Below, one piece after another: positions 32,133-43,170 of a stretch of 64,000 nt of DNA. This stretch comes from an uncultured cyanobacterium (lineage in GTDB: Bacteria; Cyanobacteriota; Cyanobacteriia; Cyanobacteriales; CAWCAG01). The position numbers were made by a program, and so were the translations under genes. The first letter of the stretch is position 1; each line of letters starts with the position of its first letter. The stretch lies in the NCBI GenBank assembly GCA_963793425.1, contig CAWCAG010000009.1, positions 1,024,001 through 1,088,000 of the forward strand, given 5' to 3'. Under the pieces are notes generated by a model that ran no database searches, was not told where the DNA came from, and saw only the letters and a program-made list of their open reading frames with translations.

Positions 32133-32914
32133 ACTAATTCTCCCCGCAAAACCGTCACAGCTTGCCCTGCTAAGAAAACGCGATTCCCGCCGTCGTAATT
32201 TACTTTAACTGTGCCGCCTCGCCTTGATGCTTGGTAAGCTAAAAACTCATCTTTTCCTAGGCGATCGCGCCAAAAAGGAGCCAAACAACAATGGGCGGCT
32301 CCCGTTACAGGATCTTCATTTATACCTAATTCTGGGGCAAAGAAGCGGGAAACAAAGTCATATTCTGAACCAGCACTAGTGACAATTACTTTTCCGAAAG
32401 AGAGCTTTTTTAATAAGCCAAAATTTGGTTGCATTTGTTTGACTAATGCTGCTGATTCTACTTCTACTAAATAACCTAAAGAATTTTGCCAAACTGATTG
32501 ACAAGGGACTCCTAAAGCTTGAGATAATTCTGGTGGTGTAGGAATACTTTGAGAAGGATTTGCAGGAAAGTTTAATTCAATCCAATCACCCTGCCGGCGC
32601 GCAGTTAAGTCCCCACTCTTAGTATAAAAATAAGCTACTTCTTCTAGGGGTAAATGTCCTTCACTCCAAAGGACATGGGCGCTAGCCAAAGTAGCATGAC
32701 CACACAAAGGAACTTCCACCGTTGGGGTAAACCAACGTAGATGATAACCTTTATTTTGGGGTAGTAAAAATGCTGTTTCTGATAAGTTCATTTCCGCTGC
32801 GACTTGTTGCATCCATTCCTCATCCCTGGCCCTGTCTAAAACACATACAGCCGCAGGATTGCCAGCAAAGACTTGGCTAGTAAACGCATCTACTTGAATG
32901 ATAGTTTGTTTCAA
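32129..32914 (-). CDS. PhzF/YddE family isomerase
   Basis: VDAF..FAGNPA, NLSETAF, EVPLCGHATLA, EDPVTGAAH. Confidence 0.95.
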   Translation of the reverse strand: MKQTIIQVDAFTSQVFAGNPAAVCVLDRARDEEWMQQVAAEMNLSETAFLLPQNKGYHLRWFTPTVEVPLCGHATLASAHVLWSEGHLPLEEVAYFYTKSGDLTARRQGDWIELNFPANPSQSIPTPPELSQALGVPCQSVWQNSLGYLVEVESAALVKQMQPNFGLLKKLSFGKVIVTSAGSEYDFVSRFFAPELGINEDPVTGAAHCCLAPFWRDRLGKDEFLAYQASRRGGTVKVNYDGGNRVFLAGQAVTVLRGELV

Positions 32915-32952
32915 AATGTTTCCCCTGATTTAAGCAAAGTTTAGGCTATCAA

Positions 32953-33025
32953 TATAGCAATTCTCTTACTTGTGAGATACAGCCTGGTTTTCGCTAACGG
33001 CTAATGGCTAATGGCTAGTAGCTAG
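32953..33025 (+). mobile_element. Partial copy (one end) of the MITE at 41127
   Basis: TATAGCAATTCTCTTACTTGTGAGATACAGCCTGGTTTT resembles the reverse complement of 41181-41219. Confidence 0.7.
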
Positions 33026-33139
33026 GCAAGGAACAGAGTTAATAAATCCTTGGGCTTATAAGTATTGTTAAACCAACCAGAAACGACCTTATGCTTAATT
33101 GTATAAAGAAAATAGACTTGACAAAATTGAGGTAATGGG

Positions 33140-35518
33140 TTGAAAAAAATTTTTGCTCGTATCATTCTTTTCTTCTATACAGTAGGCTTAGGGATTTTAT
33201 TTACTTTCAATGCCTTACGTAAAAAAGCCCGCGCTACCCATAAATATGGCGTAGGAGGAGCAGGAATTGCCAAAATTATTGATCATCCTCAATTCCCGGA
33301 ACACGAATTTTTTCAGGCAGGCAGGGTTTTTCCTCTACGCCTGCGTCATGCCACAGTAACTTATCCTGATGAGGCAGCTAAGGATATTCGTAGCGTTTCG
33401 CTTAAGTTTTCTGATCATGAGAAGGAAAGTCCTTTAGATATTGTCATGAATACTGCCCCCCAAACTTTCCGACATATTGTCGGTTTTTGGCGATTTGCTC
33501 TTAGTTCTATTCTGAAAAAGAAGCCTGATGAACCGGTTAGTTCTTTAGGATTAAAGGAATACTGTAATTATGACTCTCATCAGCGGCTAATTTTTACAAC
33601 CGCTTTACGTCGCGCCCCTGAGAGCTTTACCCAAGTTTATTATCATTCTCAACTTGTCAACTATTTTAAGGCTGAAGATGGCAAAATCCGTTATGTAAAA
33701 TATCGCTTAATACCAGAAAATCGGGGGAAAGAGTCTGGTTTGCAAAGTGAAGAAGATGCCCAAACTCCTTGGTTACAAAAACGTTATCCTCAAGAAAAGA
33801 AGCGCCAAGATTATTTAAGTTTAGAATATATTGAAAGGGCCTCTAAAGAACCGATTATCTACCACCTACAACTACGTCTCCATGAAGATACAGGGGATGT
33901 AAAAGAGATTTGTCGCCAGGATCGGCCATGGAGTGAGGAGACTTCCCCTTGGTTAGACTTAGCCACCGTTACTATTCAGCGTCCGCTTACTTTCCAAGAA
34001 ACAGAAAAACTCACCTTTAATATTGGGACTCAACCTCCATCTTTGGGTATAGTAGATGGCAAGTCTATCTATGACCCTAACTCCATTAATTATGCGCGTA
34101 CTCGCGTTTATGGATTTTCTCAAGCAGTTCGCTACATTATCTACAAAATGAGTAAGTTCAAAAATCCTAAAGAAGAGTTTGTTTATCATGGGCAACCGGG
34201 TAAAGATTTACCCCGTTTTGACTTTAATAAAAAGTTGCCTAAACGAGTAGATGTCACCAAGAAATATAAGGCACAGGTAGGTTTAAATCTTCTCCCTGCT
34301 GTTAAAATTCTTAAATTTATTCCTATATTAGGTATTGTTGGTAGCGAGAAAATGATGGGGGCAAAAGCACCTAAATGGATGCCCACAAATTTAACTCGCT
34401 GTCGTTTAGATCGAGATAGTGATGAATTTTTTGTTGAACGCCGCCTTAATGGTTTCAATCCCGGCAAAATTAATCTTGAAAAGGATGCCAGTAAGGAGTG
34501 GCAATATTACGTTAGATACGATTGTAGTAAGTATGAAGTTGAGCCGGCAGGAATTTTACCCCAGGTAACAGAGGCACGCTTTCAGTTAATAGATGAAGAA
34601 TTAAAAGTTCACTCTATTGAATATACTTTGCAAAAGGAAACAAAAACCGTTTTCCCTAGCGAAAAAGATTGGAGTTTTGCTAAACGCCTTTTCCGCAGTG
34701 CCGAGTTTGTTTTCCAAGAAATTCAATCCCATTTAGGGCGTACCCATATGAATATGGATCAGTACGCTATGGCTTTTTATCGCAATATTGTTGATAATCC
34801 GATCAAGTCTCTTTTAGAACCCCATTTTGAAGGTTTAATTAGTATTGATAAAAATGGTGCAACTTCAATTCTCGGTTACGAAGGATTCATCCCTCAAGCT
34901 TCTGTCCTCACCAGCGATGACGTACATCGCCTTTTAATTGAAGAGGTGAGTCAGCTAAGTTACAAATGGACACCAGAGGTTATTAAACTCCCAGATTATA
35001 TCAAGAATAACTATTTCGACCCTGCCGCTAGTGCCATGTGGGGAATTATTGAAGAATATGTGGGAGAGTTTTTCGCTCAAAACGAAAATGCTATCAAACA
35101 TTATTGGTCAGAAGTTGTCGGAATGTCTGAGGATTTGGTTAAACATTCTATCCTCGAATCCACTTCAAAAACCTTAGCAGTTAATAATATAAATGAGCTT
35201 AAACAATTATGCGTTTATGTTATTTACCACAACACTTTTGTCCATTCCTGGGTTAATAATAAACAATACGATGATGGTGGCGATGTAGAGTATACACCTT
35301 TCGGTTTATGGGATGAGAATCATCCTAGTTATGATGTTAAAACTGAAGCGAAAAGACAGGCGAAACAAACGATTTTGATGTGGACTCTTTCTAATGTCCG
35401 TTACAACCCCATAATGGATGTAGGACCAGGAAATTTAAAAGAGTTACTTTGGCAGCACCGTCAAGAAATTGAACCAGGTATTGCCCTTGCTGATTTGATG
35501 ATGAGTATTCATATTTAA
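33140..35518 (+). CDS. Catalase-related heme (allene oxide synthase/hydroperoxide lyase-like) - lipoxygenase fusion
   Basis: RATH distal His, LDIVMNT, RTRVY proximal Tyr; LOX iron ligands HLGRTH, HSWVN and C-terminal Ile. Confidence 0.9.
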   Translation: MKKIFARIILFFYTVGLGILFTFNALRKKARATHKYGVGGAGIAKIIDHPQFPEHEFFQAGRVFPLRLRHATVTYPDEAAKDIRSVSLKFSDHEKESPLDIVMNTAPQTFRHIVGFWRFALSSILKKKPDEPVSSLGLKEYCNYDSHQRLIFTTALRRAPESFTQVYYHSQLVNYFKAEDGKIRYVKYRLIPENRGKESGLQSEEDAQTPWLQKRYPQEKKRQDYLSLEYIERASKEPIIYHLQLRLHEDTGDVKEICRQDRPWSEETSPWLDLATVTIQRPLTFQETEKLTFNIGTQPPSLGIVDGKSIYDPNSINYARTRVYGFSQAVRYIIYKMSKFKNPKEEFVYHGQPGKDLPRFDFNKKLPKRVDVTKKYKAQVGLNLLPAVKILKFIPILGIVGSEKMMGAKAPKWMPTNLTRCRLDRDSDEFFVERRLNGFNPGKINLEKDASKEWQYYVRYDCSKYEVEPAGILPQVTEARFQLIDEELKVHSIEYTLQKETKTVFPSEKDWSFAKRLFRSAEFVFQEIQSHLGRTHMNMDQYAMAFYRNIVDNPIKSLLEPHFEGLISIDKNGATSILGYEGFIPQASVLTSDDVHRLLIEEVSQLSYKWTPEVIKLPDYIKNNYFDPAASAMWGIIEEYVGEFFAQNENAIKHYWSEVVGMSEDLVKHSILESTSKTLAVNNINELKQLCVYVIYHNTFVHSWVNNKQYDDGGDVEYTPFGLWDENHPSYDVKTEAKRQAKQTILMWTLSNVRYNPIMDVGPGNLKELLWQHRQEIEPGIALADLMMSIHI

Positions 35519-35630
35519 ACTACACTTCACAGGAAAAATTCGTGATTAAGCTTAGACGAACAGAAACGCACTGTTAAAAAAAATAAGCAGGAGGGAATCG
35601 CCTTTCCCGTAATTTCTCGCAAAACGGAAT

Positions 35631-35664
35631 AAAAAAATCTCCCTAGTTTAGAACTGGGAGATTT
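35631..35664 (-). terminator. Terminator of rbp
   Basis: AAATCTCCC.AG-loop-CTGGGAGATTT with an A-run on the + strand. Confidence 0.7.
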
Positions 35665-35760
35665 ATAAGGGTTGAGGTTAGAGAAGTCAGTTGAACTTCT
35701 CTAAAAGTAGTTAGCTACTTGGTTCCTCGAAGAGTTGATTTTAAAATTCAACAAGCATTT

Positions 35761-36045
35761 CTAGAAACGGTTGTTTCGACGACCGCCGCCACCTCTATTT
35801 TCTTCACGAGGTTTAGCTTTATTAACTTTTAGGACACGATCCATCCACTCTGCGCCATCTAGAGCGCTAATGGCTTCATCTTCGTTGGCTTCGGATTCCA
35901 TCTCGACGAAAGCAAACCCGCGCATACGACCTGTTTCGCGATCGCTAGGAATATGAACCCGCTTAACGGTTCCATACTCGGCAAAGACTTCATTTAAGTC
36001 TTCTTGCTTAACTTCGTAAGATAAATTGCCTACATAAATCGACAT
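35761..36045 (-). CDS. RRM RNA-binding protein (Rbp family)
   Basis: IYVGNL (RNP2), RGFAFVEM (RNP1), Gly/Arg tail. Confidence 0.96.
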   Translation of the reverse strand: MSIYVGNLSYEVKQEDLNEVFAEYGTVKRVHIPSDRETGRMRGFAFVEMESEANEDEAISALDGAEWMDRVLKVNKAKPREENRGGGGRRNNRF

Positions 36046-36412
36046 ATTTTGTTTGTCTTCTCAGTGAGTGTTGTGTTTAGAGAGACAGAATTATTCAGAA
36101 AGCAATAGCTCAATACTTTACGGAAAAAACCTTTAGATACTGGATGCAAACTTAATCGTCAATAATTATGATTCTCAGTCTAAATAGTAACACTTTTATC
36201 GATGAAAACACACCATTCTATTTTTTCTAATGATTTGTTTAGATTTTGAGTGCTGAAAAAAAAATATAGTTCTCTGTTTTCGCTATCCAAAACTACAGCG
36301 ACGTAAAGGTTTCGCTGTGGCGTGATCGGAGCAAATAGCGATCGCGAGATGAACCATAACGATCCCCCGTGAACCGAAACTATAATCGTAAGAAAGCTTT
36401 GGAGAGAAATTG

Positions 36413-36637
36413 ATGACATTGCAGGAGTTGCAAAAGCAAGCATTACAGTTGTCAATTGGCAATCGCTGGCGTTTAGTTCAATCCTTGCTTGGCTCAATTA
36501 AACAAGAAACCTTACTATTTGGTTCTCCAAACCTAAATATGAATTTGGTTACTGGGCTTGTTCCCTGGACTCAAGGCTTAATCGGCACTATTTGGCTAAG
36601 CCCAGAAGAACTAACAAAATCCTATATAGCAAAGTAG
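36413..36637 (+). CDS. Small antitoxin-like protein (module copy A, probably truncated)
   Basis: MTLQELQKQALQLS; paralogue at 38919; TATAAT at 36381. Confidence 0.55.
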   Translation: MTLQELQKQALQLSIGNRWRLVQSLLGSIKQETLLFGSPNLNMNLVTGLVPWTQGLIGTIWLSPEELTKSYIAK

Positions 36638-36649
36638 CCCTAGACAAAG

Positions 36650-37303
36650 ATGAAGCCAATTTTGAACATTGAAGGCTTGTGTAGTGAGGCTGCCAAGCTT
36701 GCTGAAATAGAATCTTTATACAACGAGCCTACAATTTACGGTGTAACAGATGGAAAAGCTGTTGGAACTTATTTTGAACATAAGTTTAAAGCTTATTTAT
36801 CTGAAAACTACAGTTATCAACCAGGTAATTCAGCTTCAGGCATTGATATTCCTAGTCTTGAAGTTGATATAAAAGTAACAAGTATTAAACAGCCGCAATC
36901 ATCTTGTCCTTTCAAGTCAGCAACTCAAAAAGTATTTGGACTAGGACATCATCTTTTAGTTTTTGTTTATGAGAAATATGATGATCATGCCAATAAAACT
37001 GGAAGGTTAAATATGCAGCACACAATTTTCATAGATAAAAGTAGAACAGCAGATTTTCAGACAACTAAAGGCATCATAGACATTCTCAATCGAGATGGTA
37101 ATAAAGATGACATAATTGCTTTTATAATGGAGAGAAATTTGCCTGTTGATGACATTGGTGCAAATCAGTTAGGTGAAAGAATATTAGAATCGCCTCCAAA
37201 TCTGGGCTACTTAACAATTTCCAATGCTCTTCAATGGAGATTGCAATACAGTCGAGTTATTCAGCAAGCTGGTAGTATTTCAGGCATAATTAGAGTTCGA
37301 TAA
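36650..37303 (+). CDS. Type II restriction endonuclease, NspV-like
   Basis: GVTDGKAVGTY, SGID..VDIKVTS.KQPQSSCPF, SNALQWRLQY; adjacent to an MTase. Confidence 0.8.
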   Translation: MKPILNIEGLCSEAAKLAEIESLYNEPTIYGVTDGKAVGTYFEHKFKAYLSENYSYQPGNSASGIDIPSLEVDIKVTSIKQPQSSCPFKSATQKVFGLGHHLLVFVYEKYDDHANKTGRLNMQHTIFIDKSRTADFQTTKGIIDILNRDGNKDDIIAFIMERNLPVDDIGANQLGERILESPPNLGYLTISNALQWRLQYSRVIQQAGSISGIIRVR

Positions 37304-37306
37304 ATA

Positions 37307-38824
37307 ATGGTGAAAAAAATATCAGATAAGTGGCAGTTTGGCGACTTTCAAACTCCTAATAATCTTGCTAACAAAGTAGTAAAAATTCTCAGGTTAAATC
37401 ATAAAATAGCACCACAAGTTATTATTGAGCCATGCTGCGGTCAAGGAGTATTTGTTAAAGTAGCTCTCAAAGAGTTTAAAAAAGCAAAAATAATTGGCTT
37501 AGATATTAATGAAAAGTATGTTGAAGAAGCAATAAATTCTATATCTAAATACCCGAATTCAGAAAATGCTATTGTAGAAAAGTCTGACTTTTTTAACACT
37601 GATTGGCAGGATCTAATTTCTCAACAATTGGGTTATATTTTAATAATTGGTAATCCTCCTTGGGTTACAAGCAGTGAACTAAGTGTTCTTAATAGTCAAA
37701 ATCTTCCGGCTAAATCGAACTTTCATAATAGGCGAGGTATTGAAGCTATAACAGGTTCAGGAAACTTTGATATTTCTGAGTGGATGCTTCTACAACAGGT
37801 CGAATGGTTATCAAAAAGAGAAGGTACTATAGCTACTTTATGCAAGTTCTCTGTGGCTAGAAAGGTCATGCTTAAAGTGAGAAAAAAGTTAGGAAGTAGA
37901 TTTTCTACTTGTGTTTATTTAATAGATGCAAAAGCCTATTTCGGAGTATCAGTAGAAGCTTGCTTATTTGTTTTATCAACTAATAAAAATGAGGTTGATT
38001 GCGAAGTTTATGGAAATTTAGAAGCGGAGAAGCCATCTTATACAATTGGACAAAGAGATGGGCTAATGCTCAAGGATACAGTTAAATATGAGAAGTGGAG
38101 ACATTTATTAGGTCAAAATTTGAGATATGTATGGCGTTCTGGAGTTAAACACGACTGTTCTAAAATAATGGAACTAGAACGAGTTAATGATACTTTATTC
38201 CAAAATGGATTAGGAGAAAAATATATTTTAGAAGAAGACTACTTATATCCTCTTTTGAAAAGCTCAGATATTGGCAATGGTAGAACTGATTATTACCGGA
38301 AACTTGTTTTAATTACCCAGCAGGCAGTCGGAGAAGATACAAGCCTTATTCAACATAAAGCACCTCAAACCTGGCAATATTTACTTGAACATAAAAAGTT
38401 CTTTGAAAATAGAAAAAGTTCAATTTATAAAAATAAGCCATCATATTCTATTTTTGGCGTTGGCCCTTATTCTTTCAAAAGCTGGAAAGTGGCAATTTCA
38501 GGATTTTATAAAAGATTAAATTTTTGTCTTATTCATCCTTTAGATGGAAAACCAGTTATATTTGATGATACTGTTAATTTTTTATCTTTTGATACTGAAG
38601 AAGAAGCAAAGTTTATATTTAACCTGGTTACATCGCCTCCTTCGTTAGAGTTTCTCGATTATATGATTTTTTGGGATGAAAAAAGACCAATAACTATAGA
38701 TATTCTAAAGCGATTATCCCTTAAAGCTGTTGCTAAAGAATTGGGTGTTTTGGAAGAATATCTACATTGGGCTAAGGCTATTCAGATTAATGCTACAGGT
38801 CAGTTAGAGTTGGGGTTAGCATGA
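37307..38824 (+). CDS. Amino-DNA methyltransferase (gamma order), M.NspV-like
   Basis: GDFQTP; motif I EPCCGQG precedes motif IV NPPW; WRSGVKHDCSK. Confidence 0.88.
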   Translation: MVKKISDKWQFGDFQTPNNLANKVVKILRLNHKIAPQVIIEPCCGQGVFVKVALKEFKKAKIIGLDINEKYVEEAINSISKYPNSENAIVEKSDFFNTDWQDLISQQLGYILIIGNPPWVTSSELSVLNSQNLPAKSNFHNRRGIEAITGSGNFDISEWMLLQQVEWLSKREGTIATLCKFSVARKVMLKVRKKLGSRFSTCVYLIDAKAYFGVSVEACLFVLSTNKNEVDCEVYGNLEAEKPSYTIGQRDGLMLKDTVKYEKWRHLLGQNLRYVWRSGVKHDCSKIMELERVNDTLFQNGLGEKYILEEDYLYPLLKSSDIGNGRTDYYRKLVLITQQAVGEDTSLIQHKAPQTWQYLLEHKKFFENRKSSIYKNKPSYSIFGVGPYSFKSWKVAISGFYKRLNFCLIHPLDGKPVIFDDTVNFLSFDTEEEAKFIFNLVTSPPSLEFLDYMIFWDEKRPITIDILKRLSLKAVAKELGVLEEYLHWAKAIQINATGQLELGLA

Positions 38825-38918
38825 TTAGTGAATAGGAGACTAAATGCAAGTGTTCGTAACTATCGTGCCTTGAGAAGAAACCGTTTACAATAATCCCAAA
38901 AGCTGTGGAGAGGAACTG

Positions 38919-39419
38919 ATGACATTACAGGAATTACAAAATCAGGTATTACAATTGTCAGTTGGAGATCGCTGGCATTTAGTTCAATCCTTGCTTGGCT
39001 CAATTAAACAAGAAACCCTATCATTGAATTCCTCAGACTCAAGTGGCAATGAAATTTCAGGACTTAATCCTTGGAGGCAAAGCTTAATAGGCTTAATTCA
39101 GCCAAGCCCAGAAAACCAGACCACTCCCTATGACCTAACTTTAGAACTAAGTGATCAGGTTTTTGCTGCTATTATGCAACAAGCCCAAGCAGTTGGTGTT
39201 TCTCCGGAAAGATTAGCAACAACTTTACTTGAGAAGGAATTTAGTCAAGCTTTTAAGTTATTTAAAAGTGAGGCTGAAAAAGGTGCAGCACGAGCAAGAT
39301 TTGAGGCTCATTTTGGTACATTAGAATCAAGTGATTTAATGAGTTTAGATAATGAGAGTATCGATGCTGATTTAGCTAGAGAATATGCCAGTAAGCATGA
39401 AGAAGAGTATGCTTCTTGA
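38919..39419 (+). CDS. Chimeric antitoxin (module copy B fused to a VapB-like antitoxin)
   Basis: N-terminal ~68 aa paralogous to 36413; C-terminal LTLELSD...DNESIDADLAREY overlaps the PIN gene. Confidence 0.7.
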   Translation: MTLQELQNQVLQLSVGDRWHLVQSLLGSIKQETLSLNSSDSSGNEISGLNPWRQSLIGLIQPSPENQTTPYDLTLELSDQVFAAIMQQAQAVGVSPERLATTLLEKEFSQAFKLFKSEAEKGAARARFEAHFGTLESSDLMSLDNESIDADLAREYASKHEEEYAS

Positions 39420-39810
39420 TACATCTGGACTTCTCTGTCTGCAATTTTTAACTGAACCATTTCATACCCAAGCTTGTACCGAGTATCAGAAGGCAACTAA
39501 TAGATTAACTCATAATTACATCATTGCTGAGTATGTAGCACTTGCTAATGCGAGACGCTTTTCGCGATCTTCTGTTCTTAATTTTATTGTTGATTTGTTA
39601 AGTAATCCAGACATAGAAACTGTGTGGATTGATGAATCTTTAAATAGAGAAGCAGTTGAGCTATTGATTGCACGACCAGACAAATCTTATTCTCTGTGTG
39701 ATGCTGTTAGCTTCGTTTTGATGCGTCAACGTGGAATTACTAAGGCACTGACAACTGACCGTCATTTTGAGCAAGAAGGTTTTGTTAGACTCTTGCAGTT
39801 ATCTATTTGA
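39409..39810 (+). CDS. vapC: PIN-domain VapC toxin
   Basis: LLDTS, IIAE, YSLCDAVSF, LTTDRHF. Confidence 0.88.
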   Translation: MLLDTSGLLCLQFLTEPFHTQACTEYQKATNRLTHNYIIAEYVALANARRFSRSSVLNFIVDLLSNPDIETVWIDESLNREAVELLIARPDKSYSLCDAVSFVLMRQRGITKALTTDRHFEQEGFVRLLQLSI

Positions 39811-39890
39811 GCAATTCTCTTTCCTATCGATTTATACAAACTCCATAAAGCTATACTCATAGATGAAATAGCTGATCATAAACGCTTCCC

Positions 39891-42800
39891 ATGGAAAATG
39901 AGGCTCGAAGTATTCCTTCTTGGCTAGAAGAAAGTCCAGGCTCAAAAGTTAAGCCTCCCGTTCAAACAAAAATTCAAGAACTACCATTTGATAAATTAAC
40001 CTGGGAGAATTTTGAAAGACTATGCTTACGTTTAGTCAGGAAAGAAGCAAACGTAGAGCATTGTCAACTGTATGGTCAACGAGGCGATAATCAAGAGGGC
40101 ATTGATATCTATGCGAGATTGCTGGATAGAGACAAATATACTGTCTATCAGTGTAAACGAGAGAAGAACTTTGGCCCTGCAAAAATCAAATCAGCAGTCG
40201 ATAAATTCCTAAAGGGTAAATGGGCTAAACGAACAAACTGTTTCGTATTATGCACTCAAGAAAGCTTAAGACACAAAAACCGTGCTGATGAATTTAAAAG
40301 CCAAAGTGAAAAGCTCAGAAATGAAGGAATTTCTTTCATTGCCTGGGATGAGGATTATCTATCTAACACGCTCAAAAATTATCCTGATATTGTAGAAGAC
40401 TTCTTTGGTAAGCCTTGGGTAAATGCTTTCTGTAGTAAGACACAAGTAGATAATGTCAGCAACGAATCAGAAAAAGATATTTGTGTTGAGGAATATCAAT
40501 TATGGCTTGCGAAGAAAACATCTTCCTTTGTGATTCCGACGTTAGGTAAAACATTTTCTATAGCTACTGATTGGTTGCCGAGAAAAGCACTTTGCATTCA
40601 AGCAGATAAAGAAAGTTTTGATGTAGAACTAATTACAGAACTATATAAACGTTGCCTTATAATAGGCAATTCTGCTAGTGGTAAAAGTACGCTTGTCCGA
40701 AGATTGGCAAACTGTTTGACTCAGAAAAGAAAGAAAGTTTTGCTAGTACGTCTGCCAGATGTACTTCGTTTATATCAGCAAGGAAAGACCTTTACTGATG
40801 CTATTTTAGATTGCTCTATTGATGGTTCAAATATTGACCATTCTTTATTACGATTAGCGCTTAATAATCCTGACTACTTGTTAGCAGATGGTTTAGATGA
40901 ATGTAATACAGATAGAGCAGACATTGCTAGAAAATTGATGTCTTGGGCGGATGGTCATTCAACAACTAGAGTTATAGTAGCCAGTCGAAAAAATTGTATA
41001 CCGGAATCGTTATCGAATTGGCCACAATTGGAATTACAGCAACTCAATAAAGAGGAGATTCAGAAATTCTTTTCAAAGATTTTGAGTGCTGCTTCAGAAG
41101 AAAAATCGAAGCTTGAGGAAAAGTTATAGCCTTTCTCGGACTGATGAGGTACATTTCCACTAGCCACTAGCCAAAGCGCAAAAACCAGGCTGTACCTCAC
41201 TAGCCTAAGAATCGCTATAGCACTAATTGAAACAATTTTCCAAAACGAAAAAACATTATCTCTAGCACAGGAAAGTCCTCTCCTAGCTGGTTTTATTATT
41301 AGATTGGTTTTATCAGACGTAGATATCACTCAGAAGAATCGAACTGAACTTTATGAGGCGATAGTTAATCTCGCTTATGGTCATTCACCGGAGTTTAGGA
41401 AGTCTATTGAGCTTAGCAAGCGCAGTGCAAAGAGGTTTTTTTGTGTAGCTGGTTGGAAGCTAATGCAGAAACCTTCAATAACTGAAGATGAACTTGTAGA
41501 AGAATTAGTTCAAGAGCTTCAAACAATGGGTTACACTCTACAAGAAGCTGAAAATGAGACTGAGAAAGGCATTCAATTTTGGGAAGATAAACGTATTTTT
41601 TGTCGCTCCACTTTTGGACATAAAGATAGGGTCAGTTTTGTGCATTTATCTTTGTGCGAATATGCAGCAGGTAAATATGTTTCTCAACTAAACGACACGG
41701 CTTTGCAAAATTGGCTTAAGGAAGCTAAGAGAGATACTAGATGGAAAGAAACAATATGTTTTGCATCCAGCTTAGGTATGGGAGAAAAGGTTGTCAGATG
41801 CTTACTTGATTTAAACGATTCAAGAGATTTAGATTTCCCTGAAATAATACTAGCTTTAGCAGTCACTATAGAGAACAAAAACATTCCAGCAGAGTTGTTA
41901 GAGACTTTAATATCTCGAATCCAACCTCAACTAGAGTCATCTGAGCCTGACAATATCTTTGAAATTACAGTAGGACTATTATCTATATTGCCAAAAGCCT
42001 CTAACTTGATTGGTGATTTAGCTAAAACTTTACTTGAAAATGACAATTTTCATACTCGTATAGCTGCTACAAGGCTTATTTTAGCTTGTAAAGAGGAAAA
42101 CATTTGTCTAGATAAATTAACTCAGTTAATCAAAGAGATTTTATCAAATCCTATACCTAATATGAGATTATCATTTATGATTGGAGACAAAGGAAGCAAA
42201 AAATATGAGTGGGATATTAGAAATGAGATTATATTTTCTGGTTGTCAATTACTTCTGAAAAAGCGGCAAAATATTGAGACTCATAACCAGATATTGTTAT
42301 TAATTTCTGAATGTTCTTTCATCGGTGCAGGTATAGTAGACTCAGTGAAGGAATTGTTGTCAAACAGCGCATCAACAAAGTTGCAGACAGAAGACGCAAA
42401 AGAATGGATTTCTTTTCTGCAAAAGCTCACACCTTCTGATAGTTTTCCTAAAAAACTAAAACTAGAATCTCCCAAAGACATCTTGAGGAAACTTAAAATC
42501 TCAGAGAGAGCTAGATTGGCTGATAAGACATTTCTAGAATCAATTTTTCGCATAGTTGGAGTACCCCAAGAACACGAAAAGCTTAAATATTCTTCTGTTG
42601 GAATAGAATTAGTTGCTTTAGGAACTCTTTTTAAGGGAATGGGGTTGTGGCACATACCAATAACTGCATGGAATATTTTGAGTAATTGTGATGACCCTGA
42701 AGCTGTTGATACTGTTCTTAAGGGTATGATTATTGCTTTAGACATTGATCAAGAGAGGCTTATGGCTGAAGCATCAAAGGTTCTAAATGATATAGAACGT

Positions 42801-43151
42801 TTCTTTTCGTTTGACTTAAATTCGGTTAAATCTGTACTACAAAAGGACGAATATTCAGAAAGATTTTTTGAAACACTGGATTACTTATCCAGAGAGATTT
42901 ATCAAGACAAAAAAGCCTCACTTGCTATGTACCGCCATCTACCAAAAGTGCCTGTTATATACAAGTGGCATCTTGTTACTAATATTAGACTCTCTTCAAA
43001 AGTTTTAGTACGCGCCTTTGAGCATCCGTCAGCAGCAATTTCCCAAAACGCAGCTCTATTAGTAAAGTATGGAGCGGGAGGTGAAGAGGCAGTGAGATTG
43101 GCAAGAAAACTTGTAGGAGAGGAGGAATGGGAATCTTTTGAAAAAATGTAA
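39891..43151 (+). pseudogene. Restriction-endonuclease-like + NACHT NTPase + helical domain (NLR-like defence protein), interrupted by a MITE
   Basis: FERLC..QEGIDI..YQCK; GNSASGKS; LADGLDE; FVHLSLCEY; both ORFs share a frame and join when 93 nt are removed. Confidence 0.85.
41127..41217. mobile_element. 91-bp MITE with TA target duplication (IS630/Tc1-mariner type)
   Basis: 27-nt imperfect TIRs (20/27 match) TAGC..TTCT........TGAGGTACA; TA at 41125-6 and 41218-9. Confidence 0.88.
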
Positions 43152-43170
43152 AAAAGAATAATTCCTTTAT

